Below, piece after piece: positions 48,962 through 58,809 of a stretch of DNA of 64,000 nucleotides. Under the pieces are notes generated by a model. It saw only the letters and a program-made list of their open reading frames with translations, did no database searches and was not told the DNA's origin. Each line of letters starts with the position of its first letter. Position 1 is the first letter of the stretch. Origin of the DNA: Candidatus Latescibacterota bacterium (GTDB lineage Bacteria; Latescibacterota; UBA2968; GCA-2709665); contig OZ242358.1 in NCBI GenBank assembly GCA_965208835.1, positions 2,784,001 through 2,848,000 on the forward strand, in the 5' to 3' direction. Made by a program: the position numbers and the translations under genes.

Positions 48962-49590
48962 TCCCGTACTTTCCTGTCGAGTTCATCCCACCGTTCCCGT
49001 CGAACCAGGTCCACGGTCTCCCAGTTGACAAGCAGGTCCCACACGGCTTTTCGCCGTGCGGGACTATCGGGAAACCGCGCCATTACCCGCGGACGCAAAC
49101 GGGCCAGATAGTCCGCCATACTTCCGTGTTCCCGCCCCAGGACATTCTCCAGATGCCGCCTGACCATACGCGCGTAGGCCGGGCTCGCCCCCCCTGTTGA
49201 AACCGCCACCTGAAACCCGCCGCGGCGCAGTGTGGAAGGCACGCTGAAGTCTCCCGGGCCCTTCAGGTCCGCGCGATTGACCGGAACCCCGTTTTCGCCT
49301 GCCGCACGCTCGACCTCATCGTTCACCGGACTCGTATCCGTCGCTGCGAAAACCAGGGCCGCGCCCTCGACGTCGCCCCGATGAAAGTGGCGACGCTCCA
49401 GTTGAACACGGTGGTCAGCGGCCAGGCTCTCCAGCGATTCCGAAACCGACGGCGCGATCACCCACACGCACGCGCCCGCGGCGAGCAGGCCCAGCACTTT
49501 CCGCTCGGCAACGGTTCCACCGCCCACGACGACACATTTCCTGTTCCTCAAATCCAGAAAGATCGGGTATTCAACACATTGGCCTGCCAT
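48949..49590 (-). CDS. sirC: Precorrin-2 dehydrogenase/sirohydrochlorin ferrochelatase (SirC/CysG N-terminal)
   Basis: YPIFL, VVGGGTVAERK, AATD, VSTGGASP. Confidence 0.9.
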   Translation of the reverse strand: MAGQCVEYPIFLDLRNRKCVVVGGGTVAERKVLGLLAAGACVWVIAPSVSESLESLAADHRVQLERRHFHRGDVEGAALVFAATDTSPVNDEVERAAGENGVPVNRADLKGPGDFSVPSTLRRGGFQVAVSTGGASPAYARMVRRHLENVLGREHGSMADYLARLRPRVMARFPDSPARRKAVWDLLVNWETVDLVRRERWDELDRKVRECLS

Positions 49591-49610
49591 TTGGACCCAC
49601 GCGAATCGAC

Positions 49611-50438
49611 CTACTGTGCCAGAACGTGTTTTCCGGGAAACAGCAAACCCATGACTGGAAACGTAAACACAACGAGGACGAACCCTAGAATTGACATGAA
49701 CGCCGCCCGTTTACCCTGCCACCCGGCGATCCTTCGGGCTCCAAGATGCCCGGCATAGACTACCCAGGTAATCAGAAGCACCCAGAACGCCGGTTCGTTC
49801 CAGATCCAAAGCCTGTACATCTTCTGGTGAACCCAGACGGAACTCGCCACGATACCTGCCGTCAGGAAAACGAAACCGAAAGACGCGGCACGGTTGTTGG
49901 TCTGGTCGAGTGTATCCAGCGGCGGCAGTCGATCGTAGAAAAAACCCAGATGCTTCTTTTGAATCTCCCCCAACAGCATCACGTACATCGTTGCGCTGAC
50001 ACTGGATATGGCAAATGCCGCGTATGCCAGAATGTAAGCGAACACGTGGAGCTTGAACCAGCCCCCCGTGTGCGCGACTCTGGTTGCGCCGTCAGTTCCC
50101 ATCAGGTTGGAAGCGGCAACCACGTGCAACACCGCAACGATGGGAACGACCAGTGCACCCAGCGACCCGCGACACGTGCCGAATTCCAGGTAAAGAAATA
50201 CAATGACAACCAGCCAGGCGCATAGAGAAGGCAGCACCTGGCTGGTCAAAGGAACCTGTCCGGCAGCAATGGCCATTCTGGCGAGCAAAGCACTATGCAG
50301 CACCCAGCCAACGATGAGACTCCAGAACCCCAGGGAGCCCCCGATAGCACGCATCCGTATAAAATGCGCGGCGTAGGCGCACGCGCTGATGACGTAGGCC
50401 GCGCCCGTACCCGCCACAAGCAGATTCTGCATACCCAT
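49611..50438 (-). CDS. Cytochrome c assembly family (CcsA/HemX-like) membrane protein
   Basis: About 8 TM segments, conserved His residues, LPPLDTLD, GWQGKRAA; leads the hem operon. Confidence 0.85.
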   Translation of the reverse strand: MGMQNLLVAGTGAAYVISACAYAAHFIRMRAIGGSLGFWSLIVGWVLHSALLARMAIAAGQVPLTSQVLPSLCAWLVVIVFLYLEFGTCRGSLGALVVPIVAVLHVVAASNLMGTDGATRVAHTGGWFKLHVFAYILAYAAFAISSVSATMYVMLLGEIQKKHLGFFYDRLPPLDTLDQTNNRAASFGFVFLTAGIVASSVWVHQKMYRLWIWNEPAFWVLLITWVVYAGHLGARRIAGWQGKRAAFMSILGFVLVVFTFPVMGLLFPGKHVLAQ

Positions 50439-50585
50439 ACAATCGGACCCCGGCCTCCAGCGGCGTGTGAAGCTGATCTCCGACCCTCCGTCCGTCAGTA
50501 CCGATCACGGCGTTCCTGACGTTCGCCACCGGCGATCCGGATCCTCATCACGGAACTCCCGGAAGGTCGATACGGGAAGTTAAAC

Positions 50586-51785
50586 TTACACAATCCCACC
50601 GGCCGAATCAATTGAAATTCCACACTTTCTACCCGGGGCAACCACGCCGAGAACGACGGGACCGGACGCTCCCGTCGCGGCTGGAAGATTGCCGGGCCGG
50701 CCCTCCACAGTCGCGTTGGCAAGTACGGCGAAGGCAATCGCTTCCTTGGCATCCCGGGGAACGCCCAGCGCATCGGAATGGCAGATGTCCAAATCCGGAA
50801 GCACAGCGTGCAACATCTTCATCAGAACCGGATTTCGGCCGCCGCCGCCACTGACAGCCAACCGGCGGATTGGACTCACGGGCAGGACAAACCGCTTTAA
50901 CGCATCCGCGATGCTTCGCGCCGTAAACGCGGTCGCGGTGGCGATCAGGTCTTCATCCCGCAGGCGACCGCGCCGGGACAGGATGTCCCGGACCATCGCC
51001 GCACCGAACGCCTCCCTTCCGGTCGACTTTGGCGGCGCCACTCTCAGAAACGGATGGCGCATCATTTCCCCAAGCAATGTATCTGAGACGTCGCCCGAAG
51101 CTGCGATTGAGCCGTCCGCGTCGTACGCCTGGCGTCCTCCCGTTATGTCCTCGGCAAGCGCATCCAGGAGCATGTTTCCCGGACCCGTGTCGAATGCAAG
51201 GACATCGTCAGGCCCGCAACCCGCGGGCAACACGGTAACGTTTGAAATCCCGCCGATATTCAGCAGTACGCGTCCCTCGCGCCTGGACCGGAACAAGAGA
51301 TAATCCACCAGCGGAACGAGCGGCGCACCCTGTCCTCCCGCCGCCAGATCCCGCGCCCGGAAGTCGGCGACCGTGGTGACGCCGGTCCGTTCCGCGATCA
51401 CACACGGGTCGGCGATCTGCAGGGTGGATCGCGTGACCACGCCGAACGCGCTGCAGGCTGCCGGCAGGTGGTGTACGGTCTGTCCGTGCGACCCGATGAG
51501 ATCCACCCCGGACATTGCCGTACCGGCTTCGCGGCACACGTTGAATGCGGCTCTGGCAAACCACTCGCCAAGAACGGCGTGCAGCCTGCATATCCTGTCC
51601 ACCGCACCACATCCGGCTTCCGATATATCGAGAATCTCCCGCCGCAGTTCAGGGGGGTACGGCAAACCCGTAAACGCAATCAGCCGGACCCCGGCTTCCT
51701 CGTCCCCGACTTCGACGAGGGCCGCGTCAACGCCGTCGGCTGACGTACCGGACATCAGCCCGATCACCCTGCGAAACCCACCCAC
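50586..51785 (-). CDS. anmK: Anhydro-N-acetylmuramic acid kinase
   Basis: GLMSGTSADGVD, GSHGQT, DFR..D.AAGGQGAPL, NIGGI, FDTGPGN, PKSTGRE, KEA. Confidence 0.96.
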   Translation of the reverse strand: MGGFRRVIGLMSGTSADGVDAALVEVGDEEAGVRLIAFTGLPYPPELRREILDISEAGCGAVDRICRLHAVLGEWFARAAFNVCREAGTAMSGVDLIGSHGQTVHHLPAACSAFGVVTRSTLQIADPCVIAERTGVTTVADFRARDLAAGGQGAPLVPLVDYLLFRSRREGRVLLNIGGISNVTVLPAGCGPDDVLAFDTGPGNMLLDALAEDITGGRQAYDADGSIAASGDVSDTLLGEMMRHPFLRVAPPKSTGREAFGAAMVRDILSRRGRLRDEDLIATATAFTARSIADALKRFVLPVSPIRRLAVSGGGGRNPVLMKMLHAVLPDLDICHSDALGVPRDAKEAIAFAVLANATVEGRPGNLPAATGASGPVVLGVVAPGRKCGISIDSAGGIV

Positions 51786-51965
51786 ACAATACCTCCGCCC
51801 TTCGTTTGCGTCGACAAGATCATCCTGCAAGCATCCGCACGTCAGTTCTGCATTCGCGGTTCGGCGCGCGGCCCCGGATCTCCTGGACCGGTCTTGCGGA
51901 TTTCTCAGTTGTGAACTGAGAGTACTTCGATCGACTGGACGGATGCCGTAACGTACGGCATCCCG

Positions 51966-53021
51966 TCAACGCGTACCCCCGCCGCAGTACAGGTCCGAGG
52001 CCCTACGTACTCCTCCCAGGAAATACCGGAAGACGATCACGCCGCGGTAGACGTTGCGGAAGACCTCGTGGTCTTCCACCGTGCGCACCCGTTGCGCGTC
52101 TCGGCGTCGACGCAGAATCGACGCGGGATGGAAAACGACCCAGCCAAGGCCGCAAAGCGCCGCCACAGGGTGCTTCCAGTCGCGCTTCACGATCCCAAGC
52201 AGCACGGTGCACAGTTCCAACAGGACCCGGATCGGGAACACCCATGCCAGAGAGCCCGCGGACAGGTTCTTCAGCACCATCACCAGTTGATTCCTATGGT
52301 TCAGATACGCCTTCCGGAAAGCCCGGGCATCGAGGGACCAGCCTCCATAATGATAGACCACCGACTCAGGGACGGAAACCGCCCTGTATCCCACAAGATG
52401 GAACCGCCAGCACAGGTCGATTTCCTCCATGTGCATATAAAACCCTTCATCCATGAGACCGGTTTCCCGCAAGCACTTCATCCGCAGGAACATCGCCCCC
52501 CCAACCGCCCAGAAGATATCGTGCGAACGATCATACTGCCCGCGATCCTCCTCTACCGTTTCAAACAGCCGGCCCAGACAGAAAGTATACCCCAGCATGT
52601 CCATCATCCCCCCCGCGGCGCCTCCGTAATCGAATTGCGCGCGATCACGAAGTGACCTCACTTTTGGCTGGCACACACCCACCTGCGGGTCAGCCTCCAT
52701 TGCAGCCAGAAGAGGCGCCAGCCAGCCTTCGGCGACTTCGACGTCGTTATTCAGCAACATCGCGAATTCACCGCGGGCCGCCTCGAGGCCCCTGTTACAC
52801 CCCGCGCCCATCCCTTTGCCACCCCCGACGCTCACAACCCGGATGCCGGGAAACCGAGCCAGCGCTTTTTGCAGGCTTCCGTCGTCGTACGGCCTGTCGT
52901 CGGCGACAATTACCTCGAAAGACGCGCCGCTTGTTCTCGCATAGAGCAAGTCCAGGCACGTCAGGAGAACATCCCCCAGGAAATGCGGCACGATCACAGA
53001 CACCCGGGGTCTATCGGCCAT
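51966..53021 (-). CDS. Glycosyltransferase family 2
   Basis: VSVIVP, LLNNDV, WAVGGAM, HMEEIDLCWR. Confidence 0.92.
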   Translation of the reverse strand: MADRPRVSVIVPHFLGDVLLTCLDLLYARTSGASFEVIVADDRPYDDGSLQKALARFPGIRVVSVGGGKGMGAGCNRGLEAARGEFAMLLNNDVEVAEGWLAPLLAAMEADPQVGVCQPKVRSLRDRAQFDYGGAAGGMMDMLGYTFCLGRLFETVEEDRGQYDRSHDIFWAVGGAMFLRMKCLRETGLMDEGFYMHMEEIDLCWRFHLVGYRAVSVPESVVYHYGGWSLDARAFRKAYLNHRNQLVMVLKNLSAGSLAWVFPIRVLLELCTVLLGIVKRDWKHPVAALCGLGWVVFHPASILRRRRDAQRVRTVEDHEVFRNVYRGVIVFRYFLGGVRRASDLYCGGGTR

Positions 53022-55476
53022 CTGTCGCCTCTTGTCGCCTGACCCTCTGCCGTAACGTTTCCAATGCCCGCGCGACCTCGCGGTCTCCCGGTGTCAGCCG
53101 CAGGAGGTACTCCAGATCGGCGGCGGCGCCAGCGAAATCTCCGATGCGTTCCCGTGATGCCGCCCGATTGAACAGCGCCCGTTCGACCTGCAAGTTGGCT
53201 TCAATCATCCTGCCGTAAAGCTCTATTGCCGCGTCGTATCGGCCGATCTGCATCTGCAGTTCCGCCGCAGTACCCAGACGCGTTTCTTCGTCGATCAGGT
53301 CCGAATCCAGCACGCTTTTCAACAGTCGCTGGGTTTCCTCAGGCCGATCCAATCGATGCATCAACGCCGCCATCAACACGGTACCCTGCCAATGCTCCGG
53401 CGGAAGCGCGTGTTTCTCACAGAACCTCAAAACCTCGTACGCGCCATCCCGGTCACCCTCTTCATCCAGCACTTCCGCGAGGTGCAGGAATACGGCCGGG
53501 TAATTGGCCAACAGGTTTCGAGCCGTCCGGTTACGATGCACCCCGGGGTCCGAGACGCCCCGGTACTGATAGAGGTCCATCAGGTGTTTTCTGGTATTTT
53601 GTACGTGAACCGGCGACGCCTTCCGTCGCAGTAGACGGAATACCATACCCTCCATCTCAAGGTATTCCCCCAGGCCCATCCTGTTGCCATCCGGTACGGT
53701 CAACGCGAAATAAACCGGCCTTGCCCACTCGTTCCAATCCACGATCTTCAAAACCATGACATCCTGTACGCGAAGCACCATGCCCGGCATTCCCCGGACC
53801 GTCCACTTCAATCCTGCCGCCTGCACCTCCCTGGCTTCCGGCCAGAGTCGACCGGATTGTATCACCGCCGTCTGCGTGTGTGCCGTCAATACCTGATCGA
53901 TGTAATCATCTGTATATCTGACGGGTACTTTCGGATCCAGATCCCTCAACTGCTTGATATACCAAGCCGTATTCAGGAGGCTCAGGTTAACGACACGCAC
54001 ATCCTTTCGGAGGCCCATCACCTCCTGCTGGTACCAGAGCGGGAAACTGTCGTTATCCGCGTTGGTAAACAGGATCGCGTCGGGGTCGCAGGAATTCAGA
54101 ATATTCGCCGCATAGTCGAACGCGAACCTGTTGCCGGTTCGGTCATGCGTGGGATAGAGGCTTGCGGCCAACGCCCCCGGCATTGCGAACAGGAGGCAGG
54201 CGGCGGCAATTGCCGCACCCCTGCCACGCAGGTTGTACGCCCCTCGCACGACCGCCGACGCCGCAATGCCCATCCACACGCAGAACAACGCAAAGGAGCC
54301 CACGAATACGTAGTCACGTTCCCTGGGCTGCGGGTCCTCCATATTGAGATATATCGATAGCCCGATGCCCGAAAGCACAAAAAGCGCGGCAATTGACCAG
54401 AAACGACGGGCGTCCCGTCGCCAGTGTTCCCAGATTCCCCAGCAGCCCAGGAAATAGGGTACGACTGAAATGCGCACCAATTGTACGTCTTGCGAAGTGG
54501 CCTGCCGAAAGGCATCTGAAACGAACCCGATACCCGGCACCGGAAACTGCGCGATGAAGTACTTGATATACATCGTCCAGATCTGGAAATCCCAGAATGG
54601 CGCCTTTCTGTCGAATACACCCAGCAACATACTCTCCGCACCGTACTGTTCCCGTCCCAGGAACCTTATGAAATTTGCCCACGTTTCCGGATTGTTCTCG
54701 TCGATCATGGGATTCAGGCCCGACCGGATGTAGAGTGAGGCGTAAGTCGAGTATCCGGCAACGAAAAGGAGCGCCCCGTACGCCCAGACCCGAGGGTCCC
54801 TCAGTATCCCCGGCTTCGTGAACCAGACCAGCATCAGCAACGTGGGAACGGTCAACAGACAAAGCAGGTGAACGCCGCCCGCCAGGCCCATCAGATAGGC
54901 CACAAAAAACAGGACTCGGTGGCTGTCCTCGTTTTCGGCCCTTGCCATCCACCGCATCCCCAGCCAGAGGGACATCGCCATCAGCATCGTCGAGAATCCG
55001 TACACCTCTGTTTCCACGGCATTGTACCAGAACGTATCCGAAAACGCAAGCATCAGGGCGGCCACGGCACCCCCGACAACGCTCGATACAGGGCTGATGT
55101 CTTTCTCACCGGCAACCCGACACAGCCTGACCAGGCGCACCGTTACCAGATAGACGAACAGCACCGCCAGCGCGCTCGTTATCGCTGAGATGAGGTTCAT
55201 GAGGAACCCGGGGTCTTCCCCGACCGGCAATATCGTAAAGAGACGTCCGATCAGAAGGTAGAGCGGCGCGCCCGGCGGGTGCGGAATACCCAACGTGAAC
55301 GCGCACGCAATAAACTCACCGGAGTCCCAGAACGAGACGGTCGGCGCGGCCGTTTTGACAAATACCGCCAGCGATATCAAAAATACGACCAGGGCGCCAA
55401 CGCGGACCGGATCCCATCCGTTTACGGAAGCGTTTCCAGCAGGTCTGCCTGCGTGTGAATCGCCTGATCGTTTCAT
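53011..55476 (-). CDS. DUF2723/TMEM260-family GT-C membrane glycosyltransferase with C-terminal TPRs
   Basis: WDSGEF, HPPGAP, ETEVY, REQYG, RERDY, DNDSFPLWY, NLSLL; TPR-like helices at the C-terminus. Confidence 0.88.
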   Translation of the reverse strand: MKRSGDSHAGRPAGNASVNGWDPVRVGALVVFLISLAVFVKTAAPTVSFWDSGEFIACAFTLGIPHPPGAPLYLLIGRLFTILPVGEDPGFLMNLISAITSALAVLFVYLVTVRLVRLCRVAGEKDISPVSSVVGGAVAALMLAFSDTFWYNAVETEVYGFSTMLMAMSLWLGMRWMARAENEDSHRVLFFVAYLMGLAGGVHLLCLLTVPTLLMLVWFTKPGILRDPRVWAYGALLFVAGYSTYASLYIRSGLNPMIDENNPETWANFIRFLGREQYGAESMLLGVFDRKAPFWDFQIWTMYIKYFIAQFPVPGIGFVSDAFRQATSQDVQLVRISVVPYFLGCWGIWEHWRRDARRFWSIAALFVLSGIGLSIYLNMEDPQPRERDYVFVGSFALFCVWMGIAASAVVRGAYNLRGRGAAIAAACLLFAMPGALAASLYPTHDRTGNRFAFDYAANILNSCDPDAILFTNADNDSFPLWYQQEVMGLRKDVRVVNLSLLNTAWYIKQLRDLDPKVPVRYTDDYIDQVLTAHTQTAVIQSGRLWPEAREVQAAGLKWTVRGMPGMVLRVQDVMVLKIVDWNEWARPVYFALTVPDGNRMGLGEYLEMEGMVFRLLRRKASPVHVQNTRKHLMDLYQYRGVSDPGVHRNRTARNLLANYPAVFLHLAEVLDEEGDRDGAYEVLRFCEKHALPPEHWQGTVLMAALMHRLDRPEETQRLLKSVLDSDLIDEETRLGTAAELQMQIGRYDAAIELYGRMIEANLQVERALFNRAASRERIGDFAGAAADLEYLLRLTPGDREVARALETLRQRVRRQEATDGR

Positions 55477-55670
55477 GCTTTGTCGCCCTGGTTACACATT
55501 CTTCGAATCCTGGTGTCGGTAGAGGTCTAACGAACTGACCAACAGACATCCACGCAATCAGAATTTGTCAGCCCACCGGCTGAAAACTGCGGTTGATCCG
55601 TTGATGCGGATCCGGCGCCCACCTTCTTTCGGACCTGTTCCACGGACGAATCTGGCGATGGTGGCGTTTT

Positions 55671-57176
55671 TCAGACGCCCCTGGGCTGCGACGGTTCAAT
55701 GGAATCGGGGGAAGCCTCATCTCCACTTTTCCTGGGACCGGATTGCCTCGACCCGTCGCTCGCGTTATGGTTCATCGCAGGTCCGATAGCGCGTGTCCGC
55801 CCGGTTTCAGACGATTCAATGACACGCATCGACTTCCACTTTCCGCCCCGGAAGCGCAGCATGAATATCAATCCGCCCGTAACAAGATAGAGGCTGACGA
55901 AAACCCACGCGATGTACAGGCCCATACCGTATATCACAACCAACAGGTAAGTTGGCAGGACCATAACGAACCAGCCGAGGGCTACGGACGTCAGCATGAC
56001 GAACCGTGTGTCTCCGGCACCCTTCACACCGGCTGAAAAGACGATATAGAGCGCATCGAAGATACAATAGACCGCAACGAACCGCAGCAGGACGACGGTC
56101 ATATCCCAGACCTGTTCGAACGCCTCGGGATCGGCGCCGGAAATATACGGCTTTAAAAAGAGGCCCGGAGCGAACACGTACCCGGCGGCCATCACCAGCA
56201 TATACGCCAGGCTGAGATGTACTGCCGACCATGTGCTGCGCTCGGCCAGGTCCGCCCTGTTCTTTCCCAGGTATTGACCTACAAGCGTCGAAACCGCGAT
56301 ACCCATCCCCATCATCGGAAGGAACGCGAGTGTATTGATGTTGAACGTCACACTCGTTGCCGCCAGCGCCGTGGTACCCAATCTCCCAACCAGGAGAATG
56401 AACATGGAAAAGCCCAGTATCTCCAACATGAACTGAACGCCGTTCGGCAGGCCGAAACGTAACAGCCGACGCAGAAGGGCCGCCTCCGGACGCCATCCGC
56501 TCAGGGTGCACAGGGTGTCGCGGTATCTGGGGCGCATCATCAGTGCGAAGAACACGACGGGGATCAGGAGATGGGATACCACCGTGGCCCAGGCGGCGCC
56601 GCGAATGCCCCATTCCGGGAACCCCCAGTGGCCAAAAATCCACGCATAGTCCAGAACGATATTCAGCCCGTTCGCGAGGAAATTCACCCACATGACCGTC
56701 CGTGTATCACCCCGTCCGCTAAAGAACGAGGAGACCGCCACGCCGGTAATACCCGGTCCCATAAAGCACAGAATCCGGAAATACTCCGCCTCCAGCGCGC
56801 GTATTCGCGGTTCGTGCCCGGCCCATTCGAAGAAGCTCCGCGAAAACGGGATCAGGCACAGGATGATCAGGCCCGAGGCCAATCCGACATATATCCCCTG
56901 CCACACCGCGGGTCCTACCCGATCCCGCCGGTCCGCCCCCCAATACTGGGCGACGAATGTATTCACGTACGCAACCGTACCGATAAACAGGCTTGAGAAC
57001 GTGAAATGCAACATTCCTGCCGGGAGGCATGCCGCGAGTGCGTCCCGGCTGTGCCAGCTCAGGAACACCCTGTCCACGAAGATCTGCAGGCTCCAGGACC
57101 CCGTGCTCAGAATGAGCGGGGCCGCCATCCGCAAGACCTCCCTGTAGCCACCCGGTTCCTGCCACCGAGAGTTCAT
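55671..57176 (-). CDS. MATE family efflux transporter
   Basis: Two-fold repeat; VAQYWGA, RGDT, WGIRGAAWAT, VGQYLG, GAGDT. Confidence 0.93.
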   Translation of the reverse strand: MNSRWQEPGGYREVLRMAAPLILSTGSWSLQIFVDRVFLSWHSRDALAACLPAGMLHFTFSSLFIGTVAYVNTFVAQYWGADRRDRVGPAVWQGIYVGLASGLIILCLIPFSRSFFEWAGHEPRIRALEAEYFRILCFMGPGITGVAVSSFFSGRGDTRTVMWVNFLANGLNIVLDYAWIFGHWGFPEWGIRGAAWATVVSHLLIPVVFFALMMRPRYRDTLCTLSGWRPEAALLRRLLRFGLPNGVQFMLEILGFSMFILLVGRLGTTALAATSVTFNINTLAFLPMMGMGIAVSTLVGQYLGKNRADLAERSTWSAVHLSLAYMLVMAAGYVFAPGLFLKPYISGADPEAFEQVWDMTVVLLRFVAVYCIFDALYIVFSAGVKGAGDTRFVMLTSVALGWFVMVLPTYLLVVIYGMGLYIAWVFVSLYLVTGGLIFMLRFRGGKWKSMRVIESSETGRTRAIGPAMNHNASDGSRQSGPRKSGDEASPDSIEPSQPRGV

Positions 57177-57412
57177 GGACACCTCACCGGGCCCGGACCC
57201 GGATTCGCGCGACAATTCCCGACGACCGCCTGACCTTCATCCTGCGGCGTGAAGATGCCGCAAAGACGCAATGATCGTTGGCGACATCGGAAGGTTGCGT
57301 CGACGGTTGCGGCATCTGAGCCATTTTTCTCTTGTCCGGCAATGGCGCGGTTGGTAGATTCGCTGGCCGTACGGGATCGCCAGACGGGAAATTTCACATC
57401 CGGGGCCGAAAC

Positions 57413-58786
57413 ATGATATATGACGTCGTCGTTATTGGAGGAGGCAGCGCGGGCTACGCCGCCGCCCGCGTCGCCGCGGACAGCGGAGCACGTGTCGCCA
57501 TTATCGACAGGGGCCCACTCGGGGGCCTGTGCATCCTGCGAGGCTGCATGCCATCCAAGACGCTGCTGCGCAGTTCGGATCTGTTCTCGCTGATGAAACG
57601 GGCCAAAGAGTTCGGCCTGAATGCCGGGGATGTATCCCCTGACCTGGCCGCGGTCAATGACAGGAAACGCGCACTCGTTGACGAATTCGCGGAATACAGA
57701 GTCCAGCAGCTGCGCAGCCCGAGATTCACGCTGATACCAGGCCAGGCCCGTTTCGAATCGCCGAACTCGGTTTGCGTCGGAACGGAACAGGTCTCAGGAC
57801 GGCGCTTCGTCATTGCCGTGGGTTCCGTTGTGAGCAGGATTCCCGTACCCGGCCTCGAGGAAACGGGCTATCTCACGAGCGACGACGTTCTGGAACTGCG
57901 GGAACTCCCCGAGTCCGTGATCGTACTCGGTGGCGGCGCCGTTGCCGCCGAACTGGGCCAGTTTCTATGCCGGATGGGTGCGCGGACCACCCTGATACAA
58001 AGGAACCGCCAAATTCTCAGCGGCTTCGACGCGGACATGGCCCTGCCCGTGGAAACCCGCCTGAGAGAAGAAGGGATGAAGGTGTACACGGACACCCGAC
58101 TCCAGCGCGTCAGCCAAAGAGGGGGTAGCGCCACCGTCCGCTTTCTGCAAGGCAATAAATCCCGTACGGTTACAGCCGACGTCGTCTTCAACGCTTTGGG
58201 CCGAACGCCGGACCTCGCAGGTCTGGCTCTCGAACGCGCCGGCGTTGAAGTCCGCGAAGGAAGAATCAAAGCTGACGAACGGATGCAGACCAGCGCGGGA
58301 CATATCTTCGCCGCCGGTGACTGCGTGGGACCGTACGAAATCGTACACATTGCCGTCCTTCAGGGTGAGATCGCCGGCCACAACGCCGGCGGTGGCAAGC
58401 CGGAGAAGACGATCGACTATCGGTTGCGTACGTCGGTTGTGTTCACCGACCCTCAGGTCGCGTCTGTGGGACCTACCGAGCGGGAATGCCGGGAACACCG
58501 CATCGCGTATCGTTCGGCCGTATATCCGTTCAGCGATCACGGCAAATCCATGGTTATGGGGGAAACTCACGGCGCCGTAAAGATTCTGTGCCATCCGGAA
58601 AGCGGCGAACTTATCGCTGGACATATCACGGGCCCTGACGCTTCGGAACTCATCCATGAACTCGCCGCGGTAATCTACTTCCGGGGTACTGTCTTCGACC
58701 TCCTTCGGATTCCTCACTATCACCCCACTCTCGCCGAGATCATCACCTATCCTGCCGAGGAACTTGCAGAAGTCCTGGCCCAATGA
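57413..58786 (+). CDS. Flavoprotein disulfide oxidoreductase (dihydrolipoamide dehydrogenase-like)
   Basis: GGGSAG, GGLCILRGCMPSK redox disulfide, AAGD, FTDPQ, HPTLAE; lacks the MerA C-terminal CC. Confidence 0.9.
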   Translation: MIYDVVVIGGGSAGYAAARVAADSGARVAIIDRGPLGGLCILRGCMPSKTLLRSSDLFSLMKRAKEFGLNAGDVSPDLAAVNDRKRALVDEFAEYRVQQLRSPRFTLIPGQARFESPNSVCVGTEQVSGRRFVIAVGSVVSRIPVPGLEETGYLTSDDVLELRELPESVIVLGGGAVAAELGQFLCRMGARTTLIQRNRQILSGFDADMALPVETRLREEGMKVYTDTRLQRVSQRGGSATVRFLQGNKSRTVTADVVFNALGRTPDLAGLALERAGVEVREGRIKADERMQTSAGHIFAAGDCVGPYEIVHIAVLQGEIAGHNAGGGKPEKTIDYRLRTSVVFTDPQVASVGPTERECREHRIAYRSAVYPFSDHGKSMVMGETHGAVKILCHPESGELIAGHITGPDASELIHELAAVIYFRGTVFDLLRIPHYHPTLAEIITYPAEELAEVLAQ

Positions 58787-58809
58787 ATGCACACAACGGA
58801 AAAAATCCC

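Noticed and set aside
51904-51963. Two short hairpins (CTCAGTT/AACTGAG; GGATGCCGTA/TACGGCATCC) between GT2 and anmK
   Set aside because: No U-tract and no second copies seen in the window; probably ordinary intercistronic stems
57413-58786. Mercuric reductase (merA) call
   Set aside because: No C-terminal Cys-Cys pair, no NmerA domain and no mer genes; has the HPTLAE motif of lipoamide dehydrogenase-like enzymes
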